Origin: Pecten maximus | Lineage: Eukaryota | Direction: 5' to 3' | NCBI RefSeq assembly: GCF_902652985.1 | Contig: NC_047018.1 | Location: 50,592,001 to 50,656,000 of the forward strand | Length of the DNA stretch: 64,000 bases | In this document: one piece after another, positions 26,600 to 39,078 of the stretch | How positions within the stretch are numbered: the stretch's first letter is position 1 | How the letters are laid out: each line of letters starts with the position of its first letter | The notes under the pieces: model-generated | The model's input: only the letters and a program-made list of their open reading frames with translations | The model's database searches: none | What the model was told of the DNA's origin: nothing | Position numbers and translations under genes: made by a program

Positions 26600-27452
26600 T
26601 TACCTTGCTTTAAATACTAAATGTATTGTGTGTGAACACTGGATTGAATGCTTCAGCTACAACCTCCAAAATGGATGTGCAGTCCATCCTAGCTTAACAG
26701 ATGAACACGCAAACATTACCCCTGCCTCAAAGATGAGGAATAAACTGGCCACTTATGTGCTGAACAAAAACATGCTCTACCTGATGAAGCAGTATCAGAC
26801 ATGGGAGATCCAGAAAGACTTGCTTCAATCAATGAACTCTTAGAGCACACAACTGTGCTTTTCAGTATATTTGTGACTAAAACCGCCCACTTTCCAGCAT
26901 ATCCGATGGAAGGATTCAAAGCATTCAACAGGCAGTAGATTATTTTTAACAAATGGGAATCATAGGTGGAAAAATCTTTGATATATCTTGCCAAGAAAAA
27001 CTTCATCACATGGGAGACAAGGGAAGATACAAACTCGTCCCTCACTGGATTCATTTCCCTGTGTAAGCTAATGCCGGGAAAGGGAAATACCATGAACCCC
27101 GGATTCATTAATTGAGATCACGTGGAGAGCTTTTTGGTCAACCAAAGGGACGTAAGGAATGGATCTAGTACAAATCCAACATTGGCACAATATTGGCCGT
27201 CAAATACTGCCATTATTCTTGGACAGTACAGTGTATCAAACAAGGCCAACTAAGGAAAAACGGCCTCCTATTTTTCTGCAACAACATCATGCCCGTTATA
27301 ACTCAGGCAGAAATAAGGATGCAATACGAAAAAGAAGGTCCATCAGGATTTAATGAACGCACGTGTGTTGTCAAAGATAAATACGAAATTTGAAATCTGA
27401 TGTGACAGTAGTGACATATGGCCCTGCTGTGGACAAATAAACGTTAACTTGA
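26600..27452 (+). mobile_element. P-element-like transposase C-terminal remnant
   Basis: TPASKMRNKLATYVLNKNMLYLM and NPGFIN*DHVESFL..QR..RNGSSTNPT resemble the P/THAP9 'KM.V..A' and 'QD.LE.FF..R' blocks; stops and frameshifts present; possible terminus ..AAACGTTAACTTG. Confidence 0.55.
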
Positions 27453-27559
27453 TTTATTTTAACCCTATATTAAATTAAGATCATTAAAACAATGATTACT
27501 TTAACAGATGTGTTTTACCCGTGCTGCGTTGTCCGATAGGAACGACATAGTGTCCTCCT

Positions 27560-27720
27560 GTTGCCCTGCAGGTAGAGCGTAAGAATTGTACCTGCTGCCC
27601 CCATTGCATGATCGTAAGAGGCGACTAAATTTGGGATCTTATCTTTTTTCTTAACAACTTTCTTCTTCCTAATGTCTCCCTTGACAATGCCTCACTTTTG
27701 GCCTTGGGTTGAGCGTTCGC
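27560..27720 (+). mobile_element. SINE 5' fragment
   Basis: Matches 27912-28075. Confidence 0.8.
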
Positions 27721-27911
27721 TGAGTACAAGGATAGTAAACTAAACTCTCCTGTATGAAATTATAATGATGTATTATGTAATTATATAGAGTCAATATGTC
27801 AAGATAATCTCACGTAATAATAAAGTAGAATGATTTAAATGTATTTATGATTTAGAATCAAAATGCTTCTGTTTTAAGAAGCAATATAATGTGGTTGATA
27901 CAGCCTTACTT

Positions 27912-28439
27912 CTGCCCTGTAGGTAGGGCGTAAGAATTGTACCTGCTGCCCCCATTGTATGATCGTAAAAGGCGACTAAATTTGGGATATTCTCTTTCTC
28001 CTTTCTTGCTAATTTTCTGCTTCCTGATGTCTCCCTTGACAATGCCTCACATTTGGTCTTGTAATGAGCGTGCGCCCCTGTGAGGAAGGCTTCGGGCTCT
28101 GTCCCCTGGTCGAGACATACCAGAGTCTTATAAATGTTAGTTGTTGCTCCTGCTTAGCGTTCAGCATATTAGGACTTGGACGACTGGTTCGCCCGTTAGT
28201 ATAATGTGACCGGATGGGATGTCATGCTTGGTGTCATCGGCAGTATGCTTCAGTGAGGTAGCACTATAAATCGGCAAAAGTTCCGGCCTATCAAAAGGAA
28301 ACTTCAACACAAACATATCGCACCTTCCCACAACACACAGACGCACTTAACACACGCATGCATATCGCACGCACGGGAGGCCGTCCTCTAATGACCTCAG
28401 CTGTTGATAGGACAATAAACAAATAAAACCAAACCAAAC
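27912..28439 (+). mobile_element. SINE-like retroposon, apparently full length
   Basis: 5' structured head, degenerate tRNA-like segment, conserved core and (AAACC)n tail; imperfect TSD ACAGCCTTACT / ACAGTCTTATT. Confidence 0.85.
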
Positions 28440-29099
28440 AGTCTTATTTTTCATTTAATTATTTACAGCAGTTCTTGATATAAATCATTATATTTTTTAG
28501 AGCAGAGTGTTGAAGAGTTTCCTAGTTATAAAAATGTATATGCATATTGGTGGAAAATAAAACACGTAAATTCATTCAAAGACGACATTCAACTTAGTTC
28601 CGTAAAAAGGAAAAGTAAACTGCATGCCGTAATAAAATGAATGTATGAGAAATGTAGACATTTAATGTCTTTCATACTTCGACACTTAACAGCCAAGGCA
28701 AGAACGATATAAAAAAAAAATCAAAATTACTTAATAAAACCAGGCGCTGTATATACACATGCACAGCTATTAACTATAACTCACACTTATTGTGATAAAT
28801 TAAGCGTTGGAGTCATAGCCAGGTCAAAATTGTTTTACTTCCTCTTTTGTGTTTCTATTTTGTTTATATGTCGATGAATAATAACGGCAGTGCAGACGGT
28901 TTTAATGGAAAGATGAATATCTACTTCAAAGAAATATATGTACGCCTCAACAGTAGATATCACACGATTGTTGAAGTTATAGCGTACTCTTATAACATTA
29001 CATTTGTTAAAAGGCGCCCACCATTGAATGATCTTTATAGGTTCCATGTCAGATGGTTCTTTTCTCTACTTTTCCCTTCCTCTAAGTCTTACTAAGATT

Positions 29100-30186
29100 T
29101 AGCGATAATGGCTGTCTGTCGGCCATGTTGTTTTCGGATTGGTCCCAAAATGCAATACCAGGGACCAAGGGGAACCTACATATGAAATTTGAGAAAGATC
29201 CCTTCAGTACTTTCTGTAAAATAGCGATAATAAACTTCAATTGTCAAAATACAAGATGGCTGCCTGTCGGCCAGGTTTTCTGACTGGTCTCAAAATCCAA
29301 TATGGATAACTAGGCACAGAGGGCAACATACAAATGAAATTTCAGAAAAATCCCTTCAGTACCTAATGTAAAATAGCGATAATAAACTTCAATTGTCAAA
29401 ATACAAGATGGCTGCCTGTCGGCCAGGTTTTCTGACTGGTCTCAAAATCCAATATGGATAACTAGGCACAGAGGGCAACCTACAAATGAAATTTCAGAAA
29501 GATCCCTTTCATCAATTTCTGATAAATAGCGATAACAAACTTCAATTGTCAAAATCCAAGATGGCTGCCTGTCGGCCATGTCGTTTTCCGATTGGTCTCA
29601 AAATGCAATATGCATAACTAGGCATCGAGGGGTACCTACATATGAAATTGGAGAAAGATCCCTTCAGCACTTTCTTAGAAATAGTGATAACAAGTTTCAC
29701 TTGTCAAAATCTAAGATGGCTGCCTGTCGGCCATGTTGTTTTCCGATTAGTCTCAAAATGCAATATGCATAAATAGGCACCTTGGGGACCTACATATGAA
29801 ATTTGAGAAAGATCCTTTAAGTACTTTCTGAGAAATAGCGATAACAAACTTCAATTGTCAAAATCCAAGATGGCTGCCTGTCGGCCATGTTGTTTTCCGA
29901 TTGGTCTCAAAATGCAATATGCATAACTACGCACCGAGGGGAACCTACATATGAAATTTCAGAAAGATCCCTTCATTAGTTTCTGAGAAATAGCGATCAC
30001 AAATTTCAATTGTCAAAATCCAAGATGTCTGCCTGTCGGCCATGTTGTTTTCCGATTGGTCTCAAAATGCAATATGCATAACTAGGCACCAAGGGAAACC
30101 TATCTATGAAATTTGAGAAAGATCCATTCAGTACTTTCTGAGAAGTAGCGATAACAAACTCCAATGGTCAAAATCCAAGATGGCTG
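29100..30186. repeat. ~154-bp tandem repeat, ~7 copies (HINE-type satellite core without recognisable ends)
   Basis: AAGATGGCTGCCTGTCGGCCA recurs at ~29253, 29405, 29558, 29713, 29867, 30022 and 30177. Confidence 0.9.
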
Positions 30187-31234
30187 TTAAATGATGTCGG
30201 TGTGGTTTACTTAAAAAATACATATGAAAAGTATTCACGATAATATAGTACATTCGTGTTACGATTTTCATATTAGCGTATCGTGAATAGTTGTCAACTA
30301 TCTCGAGAAGCCGATTAGAATTACAGGTAAATCACCCGTGGGCGCCTCAGTCAGTTGCAAAACGTTACCTTGCAAAATAGATAATTGTAACGACCTTCGA
30401 AGTGTTTGTTTACATTATTCTTTGTTGAGAAAACATCGTAGACGGTTGGAACATGCCAATTATAGTAGGATACTTCTACCAAGGTCAGTGAAACAGAATT
30501 TCAGTTTTCAGAAAAGACAGTCTCCGGATTATAAAGGTTTTAACTACTATAGTTTAATAAGGAAAATGCCGGGACCAATCAATAACGCCGGAAGAGACAG
30601 GGATCCAGATTAGACAAGGGTCGGTTTTGGCAAGTTATACTGAAGGAATGCCCCTTTAAGGTTGTTAACACTATTTTAACAACTTTAACTGAAAGAATAC
30701 CGATATAATGAAAACACTTTTTTCTAACTCAAAATCATTAAACCGAGGGTAAGATATGAAGAAATTCTTCGACGTCAGTATTCTGCATCTGTTACGGAAA
30801 TGATCAGAACCAGCCTTTTGAATTTCAAAACCAGCGATGTTACTATAGAAAACTGAAAAATTACTAATTTTGCCATTGAGATAAACAGTTCTCGTCTATA
30901 ATAATGTCTACCAGCGTTGACTGTTTTCTATATTATTTGTAACATTTTTTCTGTAAACCCTTTGATCAAAATAAAACAACCCCTTGATTATTTATTTTAT
31001 TTTCGGAACGAAAACTCATAATTTATTTTGTGCAATTGTAATTGTTATTGCATTATCTGATTCACTAAATGATCGAGTATTTGAGTCCTGCATTTTTCTA
31101 CGTCATGCTTAAATAGGCATGTCAAACATGGCGTGAACTGTCGGTAGTGTACCAAAGTAGGTAACGATCATAATTTACAGTTCCAGAAACAACTGTCTAA
31201 TTCATATATTCAATCAATGCTTCATTTATTGCAG

Positions 31235-32385
31235 GTAACGTCGCCGTAAATAAAATAGCAGAACAAAGTAGCAAGCAGGGGAACCTTGAATATGTAGCTA
31301 GTAAAGTTGTAGACAACTGTGTAAATACAAACATATTTCGGTATTGCTGTACACACACAAAGTCTGATCAAGCAACGGCCTGGTGGCGTGTTGATCTGGG
31401 AGAGCTGGTGACCATTAGTAGGATCACTATATACTATAGAGGTGAGTGGAAAAAAAGATATAATTCCATTACTTAAATTCAAGCAAGCTTCATGACCACA
31501 TGAAAACAAATCATTCTACATAATGTACATATTTCAACTATTAACATAAATAGGGCCAATGTTTATTTGATATCTCATAAACAAAATATTTTGTCCTGCT
31601 GTTTTTCTAAATATTTTTGATGATTTCTTTTGTTTAATGATCGACATACTTTTTGGAATCTATCTATAAAAATTCAGACATTCTGAATCTAAATTGTTTT
31701 CCAATCCAACCGCCACCACTTATCAACAGCATCTTTGAGGCTCCTGTTACTTTGATTTACTCTTCGATAAGAGTCAACAATTTTCCGTCAAAAAGACAAA
31801 ATAACAACAGCGAATGACCGGGTATCATTGTTGTGTATGCAAACCTATTATTAACTCACAGGTGATCGCTTTTGCTGAACCAGCAAGGACTTCAAGAATA
31901 TTTTCCGAAACAAAACAACAATGTTTTGCATGACTATGTTGATTGAAACAACTTGTGTGACGATATAAATACTATTAAGGAACATAGATTTAACTTACAT
32001 CAGATTAACACCCACGCATGCATGCATCCCAAGATTGGGATTTATAGCAGGCGATATTACATTTATTTCTTTTCTCTATTTTCATTCTTTGCACGTGGTT
32101 CCTTACCTGCTAATTATATATATATGTATATTTTTCCAAACAATTTCAATGAAAGATTTGCTGGATACCTTCTTTATGTATCAAATACCACGACTTCTCC
32201 CAGAGACGGCGTCCTCTGTTATGAGGATATGAGTAGCACTAGTGATGCTGTGCAATTGGTGGTGACACACCAGTGCCCGTATGTAGGTCGGTATGTGACT
32301 GTGTACAACTACAGAAACATTCCTAAACGATACAGTTGATATAGTGATGACGCTATTCTGGAGTTGTGTGAAGTACAAGTGTTTG
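31235..32385 (+). pseudogene. F-type lectin (fucolectin/F5-8 type C-like) domain, two exons, disabled
   Basis: Exon 31235-31441 encodes NVAVNKIAEQSS..ASKVVD..CTHT..AWWRVDLG..ISRITIYYR. Exon 32140-32385 encodes ERFAGY..CPYVGRYVTVYN..LELCEVQVFG. The second exon has AA instead of AG at its acceptor and an in-frame TGA at 32337-32339. Confidence 0.85.
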
Positions 32386-33004
32386 GTAAGTATTAATATT
32401 GACTAGAATAAATAATTCGGTGAAGTGATTCTACATACTTTCCATACATTTTACTGCCGTTAAACCCTATATGTGGACCATGAAAGTATAACACCTGTGA
32501 TCTGCACTCGATAGGCGGAACGACAATCAAGATATGCTGTCGATATTATTGTTACTCAGCGTATTTCAAATCTCTAATTTTCTGTCGATTTTTTTTTATC
32601 AATGTGAACATGCGTGAATACAAAACCATCTTCTGAATTTATGTTTCATTTCACGGTGTTGTCAACAGTTAAATTAGAACTCCGCCTACTGCAGGTACAG
32701 CCAATCACCGCCCTCGTAACAAGAGTAGGATGTGGATTACTGGTAGCGTCAGTACATTCTATACAGTCAACACTCGGCAGTAAAGGGAAATATACCAACT
32801 TGAAAACTGCTCATAAGAATAAAATAAAAGTTTTTCGCTGAATTGACATGTATTATTGATCTTTTCACGCTTGTGAATGCCATTAAAATATACAAAACAA
32901 TGACAACCATACCTAAATTAATTTGAATAATTTAAAGAATTGTTAAATTGCCAAAACATTGTCTTGCATAATCGGAAAGGACCCTAGTATTCCAATTACT
33001 CACA

Positions 33005-33495
33005 TTTATTTGTTAAATGTCCTATCAACAGCAAAGGTAGTTTAAGGACGGCCTTCCGTGAGTATGACATGAATGCGTGTTGTGAGTGTTTGTGTTTTGG
33101 GAGGTTGCGGTATGTTCGTGTGCAAGTCTCTTGGTGATATTGCCGAACATTTACCGATTTATAGTGCTACCTCACTGAAGCATACTGCCGAAGACAATCA
33201 GCAGGACACCCAACTCCCACCCAGTCACATTATACTGTCAACGAGCGAACCATTCGTCCCACTCCTAATATGCTGAGGGCTAAGCAGGAGTTGCAACTTC
33301 CATTTTTAAATTATAGTATGTCTCGACAAGGGGATAGAATCTAAAGCCGTCCTCATAGGTGCGAACTCTCAGATAAAGGCCCAAAGTGAGGCATTGTCAA
33401 CCGAGGCATTAAGAAGACTGAGTAAGAAAGAAGAAAAAGGATAAGATCCCATATTTAGTCGCCTCCTACGATCATGTAATGGGGGCAGCAGGTAC
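33005..33495 (-). mobile_element. SINE copy, diverged
   Basis: Reverse complement of the 27912-28439 family along most of its length. Confidence 0.8.
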
Positions 33496-34399
33496 GCAGC
33501 CTCCCAAAACCCACATTCGCACTCCCCACACACATGCATATCGCAAAGAAGGGAGATCGTCCTTAGCTGTTGGTTTGACACATAAAATCATACACTTATT
33601 GCGCACTACGTGATGGACAGGCTTTGACATTTTGAGTTAGTTTTCCATTGTGCTATATTTCATACACTCTCATAGAATAAAGACTATCAGGGTATCGCAT
33701 GGTATTAATATTTCGTTCGCAAAAAGTCTGGTTTGAAAATAAAGGAGAAAGTGCAATAAGGTTAATTTTTGGTTCGATCTCCGATTTACTTCATTGTAAT
33801 ATTAATTATTAACGAGTTGATGTAAATTCATCAAAATGGTATTTAACAATGCGTCACCAATTGCCATAGTTACAGCTCGCTAGACAAGCACTCCTTAACC
33901 GAAAAGACGGTTATATAATATGCATCAAATAAATATCTGCCATGTGCATCTTGTGTCAGGATGAATAATCAGTTAAGCTCAGAAATAAATACACCACTAC
34001 CAATTTCTCAAACCAGTTTGAAAAGCACTTATTAAACAGAATAATGCAATTATGTGTCCTCAGCAACATTGTTTTCCCCTAAGCAACCCTGGATAAATCA
34101 GCTTTAAACCATTTTAATGTGTCAAATACACATAATGTGTACGCTGTATTTTCTAGAATTGATAAGTACCTTGGCGGCTTCTTATTTTAACGTCATGTAT
34201 AGTATACACTTTATCCATGGTTAGCGTGCTCCCATAGTAACCAATTAACCATTTATAGTTTCCTTAGCAACCCTAGATAAATGAGATTAGTGGCAGAGAA
34301 AAACTTATTTGTTAACGGAAAATTAAACATTTCAAATAAAAAAAACTTGAAGCCTTTCTAAATTAAAGAGTAAACAGGCCAATATATCAGCTGAGTTGA

Positions 34400-35250
34400 G
34401 TTCTTCGAAATCCAAATACATATAATGCATACCTTCATTTTTGCACCAAGCTTCCTCTATTTAGTAGTGCAAGGTATTTGTGTCATATTGCACATATCAG
34501 CTGCACATAATCTCCAATATATGGTATCTGATTGTCGGGGACAATGCTTTTGATACGTCCATTCACATATTCCATAATCAATCGAATCTTATGCCTTCTC
34601 TGTGGAGAACTGTGTCTGGCCTCTTGAAAGGGAACGTGGCATTTCGGAGTCGATACCCATTTCTGTTGACGGAATCTCTCAACCCTCTGTCAACAACCAT
34701 AAAATCTTCTTCCTTGGTCCATTCCGTCAAATTCTCATGGTTCCTTTGACGTTGTGCTTCAGGATATAGGCGTCATTGTTCTTGTAATCTACTAAGTATG
34801 GTCCAAGAACAGAAACAATACAGACAGTAGTAGTTACATAACATACATCATGGGCTTCACCAGGGGTCTATTCTTATGCATGCTGTATTATCGTATCTGG
34901 AATTTGAAATTGTGAGACTTTTGGATATAGATGTATGTTCCATCCATGACAAGAATTGCAGACTTGTTCATGATACTGCCAAAAAGCTCCTGAGCCAAGG
35001 GTCTGATATGCTCCTTAATGATTTCATCTGAAGTAGTCTGTTGAAATCTTACATAGGTCCTAGTAAAATGCTCAGACAATGACTTCCTAGCCGAAACAAT
35101 ATATAGCCTCACACTAGATTTGCAAATGTAAAGTGTGTCGACAGCACTTTGTTTGAAATACCTGCACGTAGTTTAACTAACAGTAGGGCAACATATGTCC
35201 GCATTGTTCTGTTCTTTGTTGATCTGATATTGCTGTCTTTAATATGTTGT
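34400..35250 (-). mobile_element. DDE_Tnp_4-type (PIF/Harbinger-ISL2EU group) transposase remnant
   Basis: ILVMDGTYIYIQKS..SMHKNRPLVKPM..GPYL..NNDA..VVDRGLRD with stops and frameshifts. Confidence 0.7.
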
Positions 35251-36039
35251 CTTTTGAGATTCCTATTAGATTGAGGTAGTCCGAATCTTGTATTGACCTT
35301 CCTTTATTCAAATTAATTCGGTACTTTCGATTATTTATGGTAATATACCTTATATTATTAATCAGTTAAATAATGTCACTTCTGTTAAGTTTGAGATGTC
35401 CTTTCTTTTTAAAGAATCCCAAGGGTAGTTTGTTAATGCATGATCAGTGATCTAGTAGTATGATGTTGGGGCATCAGTATTAAGACCCATTTGCAAGTGT
35501 ATAATTTAGGTGTTCTTTATCATTGTTATCATATTCCTTTGTTACATGGCAAATGACCTCTGTATTATGGTAATACATATTATAGTCATGGTTCTATTAT
35601 CTGATGAAAAATTAAACGTCCCTATATTAGCAAACATGTATTAACCTATCGAAGTGGACAAGAGCTAGAGGACGATTCTAACATGTCGCTTTCAGATGTA
35701 ATTCCAGAAAACCAAATGTTTGAAATTCTAATTGTTACAGGATTCGGCTCCGTTTATTTTTTTGCAAATAATTGATCATTTTGGCCCTATTCAGATCATT
35801 TCAAGAATCTGTCAATAATAAGCGGACCCGACGGGGAAAAAGGATTTTTGTTTTTTTTTTCAATTTTTAATTTTTTGAAATAACGTCGTTTTTAGCTCAA
35901 TCATACGTTAAAAAAAAAAAAACAACAGAATTTTACATTCTTATTTGTCATTTATTTTGGGCCAAAATCACAGTTAGTGGACTTTATCCTTGGCCTCTAA
36001 AATGAGTACTTACAATTATCTTGTTTTTTTTTCCAACAG

Positions 36040-37856
36040 GATGTCAAGTAGGGAAATATGGTGACGGACGATGTAACAATCTGTGTTCAGCAGGCTGTTA
36101 TGGTGGTAACTGTAACTCCACAACAGGTGCATGTTTATGTAAGTTACCATTATATATACACATACTTATTATAGAAAGAATATTTTGATCATTCTGAAAC
36201 AATGAGATAAGTAGAAAACGCTTTAAAAATTTTACTTCCAACTTGCAATTTTTGCAACAGGAACGCCAAGCATTTTCCTCAATTTATCGAAGGCGAAATA
36301 AAATATGTCGATTAAGATGATAATACTGTGACATGGCGAAAAGACGATGATAAAGTATCATTTGCTGTGGAGGGACATTACATTTTACAGACTGTATTTC
36401 TGGAAAGCACGGTACTAACTGTGATCAGAGCTGTCCAGAAAATTGTAAGGTTTGGTTTGGTTTGGTTTGGTTTGGTTTATTTTGTTTAACGTCCTATTAA
36501 CAGCTAAGGTCATTTAAGGACGGCCTCCCGTGCGTGCGACATGAATGCGTGTGGTAAGTGCTTATGCGTGTTTTTGGAGGCTGCGGTATGTTCGTGTTAA
36601 GTCTCCTTGTGATAGGCCGGAACTTTTGCCGATTTATAGTGCTACCTAACTGCAGCATACTGCCGAAGACATCCCGCAGCACACCCCACCCGGTCACATT
36701 ATACTGACAACGGGCGAACCAGTCGTCCCACTCCGTGTATGCTGAGCGCTGCTGCCCCCATTGCATGATCGTAGGAGGCGACTAAATTTGGGATCTTACC
36801 TTTTTTTTTTTTTTCTGAACAACTTTCTTCTTCCTAATGTCTTCGTTGACAATGCCTTACTTTTGGCCTTTAGTTGAGCGTTCGCCGCTGTGAGGAAGGC
36901 TTTAGGTTCTGTCCCCTAGCCGAGACATACCAGAGTCTTTAAAAATGGTAGTTGCCTCTCATGTTTAGCGCTCAGCATTTTGGGAGTGGGACGACTGGTT
37001 CGCCCGTTGTCAGTAAAATGTGACCGGGTGGGGTATCCTGCTGGGTGTCTTCGGCAGTATGCTTCAGTGAGGTAGCAATATAAATCGGCAAAAGTTCCGG
37101 CCTATCACAAGGAGACTTAACACGAACATGCCGCTGCCTCCCAAAAATAACATACGCACTCACCACACGCATGCATGTCGTATGCACGGGAGACCGTCTT
37201 TAAATTACCTTAGTTGTTAATAGGATGTTAAACAAAATAAACCAAACCGAACCAAATCTTCCAAATTGATCTAAGAAAGAAAGAACTGTCCTAAAAACTG
37301 TAATGAGAAGTTGTGTAGAAGGGACTCTTTAAACGATGTCAGTGATAACAATACACTAGTTTACATACTGTTAATTACGTAGACAAATTCAGTAATTGTC
37401 TTCTTTAAGTAAATGAAATATAGACTTTTGTTACATCTTTGCACTCTCTGATGAATTACACATTGTGCTTATTTATTTATGTATTTTTTTGTATGAACGG
37501 AACACTTGATTCTGTAAAGGTCGGTTTACTATGATGTTGAATGAGTTATGTTTTAAAAACTTTTTAGGATTTTGCAAATTAAGATGACATTACTAGATTA
37601 GATGTAATTCATAACGATTACAGGAAAAGTGTATAGCTACCATCGTGGTTTCGTTTTAGAAGTAGTTATATTTCCTATGACCAATTGGCAAAGAAGAAGA
37701 TCGAAAATGCGCCTGTTTGTCCATATCGGTTCAACATTATCAATTTAATAGTTTGACTTTAATATGACAACTTTTACAACATGCAAACTACAGGAATTAA
37801 AATAATTAAAAATTGTAATAAGACGTTGTGTAGACGGGACACCGGACACTGTATAG
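36040..37856 (+). pseudogene. EGF-like exons and exon fragments on the plus strand, paralogous to the gene B ectodomain
   Basis: 36040-36138 encodes CQVGKYGDGRCNNLCSAGCYGGNCNSTTGAC. 36391-36449 encodes [20 protein letters not shown] and is cut by a SINE. Fragments lie at ~37285-37327 and ~37811-37856 (ending CTGTATAG/GTGAAT). Intron 36310-36390 matches the reverse complement of gene B introns. Confidence 0.8.
36450..37256. mobile_element. Two SINE copies fused head-to-head (minus 36450-36750, plus 36748-37256)
   Basis: Both ends carry tails; ~290-bp inverted arms; the pair interrupts an EGF exon. Confidence 0.85.
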
Positions 37857-38651
37857 GTGAATAACATACTGCTGAAAACCTAGGCTAATTCTATTTCATT
37901 CCCTTTCAATAAATGAAATACAAACGATTGACAAATCACATAATACATTGAATCATTTTATATGTATTGAAAGAATCATCTTTACTACATACAGTCAATA
38001 GATATTTGACTAAAATCTCAAATATATCACAGACAAAATGTTAGCTAATAATTAGATAATTTTGATGGAATATATTTTCAATCTTATAGATTACGTTCCT
38101 CAGAAGTCAATGGGAACTGTAACGGTCAGCAGTAGCTTCTAATTACCTGTATTGTAAATAATATCATTGCCTCTTTATATACGATGATAGCCTCGAGGAT
38201 ATAAACAGGCTATTACTTTATGTCAAAAGCTGTCATTCGCATTTTAATATAGAGCAAAGAACAAATGCGAACCCATTTCTAATCTTGAGAAATCAATACA
38301 ACTATTTATTTCAGAGAAATCGGAAGACTGTTCAAAGCACGTCTCATTCATCGTTATAACATAGTTTATTTATTATGACGCCAAATCCATTTTCGCATGC
38401 AGCATTCGATGCCATGTATTGACAGCATGATATAAATGGGTATCTATGTATTTAAAGATAGCATTATTTTTCCTGTAACAAACTCCAACAAATACAGAAT
38501 TAAATCTATCAAATACAAACAAGTTTTATTTTTAAATCGACGCTTATTCTATGGTCGCCCTATTCAACAATAAGGAAATTTAATTCGATGATAGTATTTA
38601 AATGTAAACGACGACATAATGATAATATGCGTTAAAGTAACGGGTTGTTCT

Positions 38652-39004
38652 GGTTTGGTTTGGTTTACTTTGTTTAACGTCCTATTAACAGCTGACGTCA
38701 TTTAAGGACGGCATCCCGTGCGTGCGACATGTGTGTGGTAAGTGCTTATGTGTGTTTGAGAGGCTGCTGTATGTTTGTGTTAAGTCTCCTTGTGATAAGC
38801 CGGATCTTTTGCCGATTTATAGTGCTACCTCACTGAAGCATACTGCCGAAGACAACCAGCAGGACATCCCACCCGGTCACATTATACTGACATCGGGCCA
38901 ACCAGTCGTCCCACTCCCAATATGCTGAGCGCTAAGCAGGAGTAGCAACTACCATTTTTAAAGACTCTATGGGTTCTGTCCCCTGTCCGGGACATACCAC
39001 AGTC
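38652..39004 (-). mobile_element. 5'-truncated SINE with a short inverted 5' piece
   Basis: Minus-strand copy at 38652-38968, then the adjacent upstream SINE segment in plus orientation at 38971-39004. Confidence 0.8.
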
Positions 39005-39016
39005 GTAAGTACTTAC

Positions 39017-39078
39017 TTTCAGATGAAGCTCAGGACCATGATCACACCTTTTCTTTTTACTATATTCCCCGCCGCCAT
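39017..39078 (-). pseudogene. Signal-peptide exon with a 17-bp frameshifting deletion
   Basis: MAAGNIVKRKGVIMVLSFI*; 62 nt versus 79 nt in the paralogous copy at 3931-4635. The GTAAGT donor is retained. Confidence 0.7.

Noticed and set aside
30190-31150. Possible DNA transposon fragments (also 33595-34330)
   Set aside because: Looks repeat-like, but I could not define paired termini, a TSD or coding similarity.
32337-32339. In-frame TGA as selenocysteine or readthrough (also 61108 and 63071)
   Set aside because: Each TGA co-occurs with other lesions (lost acceptor, Cys loss, weak donor) and sits at a probable Trp or an Arg position, so these are nonsense mutations.
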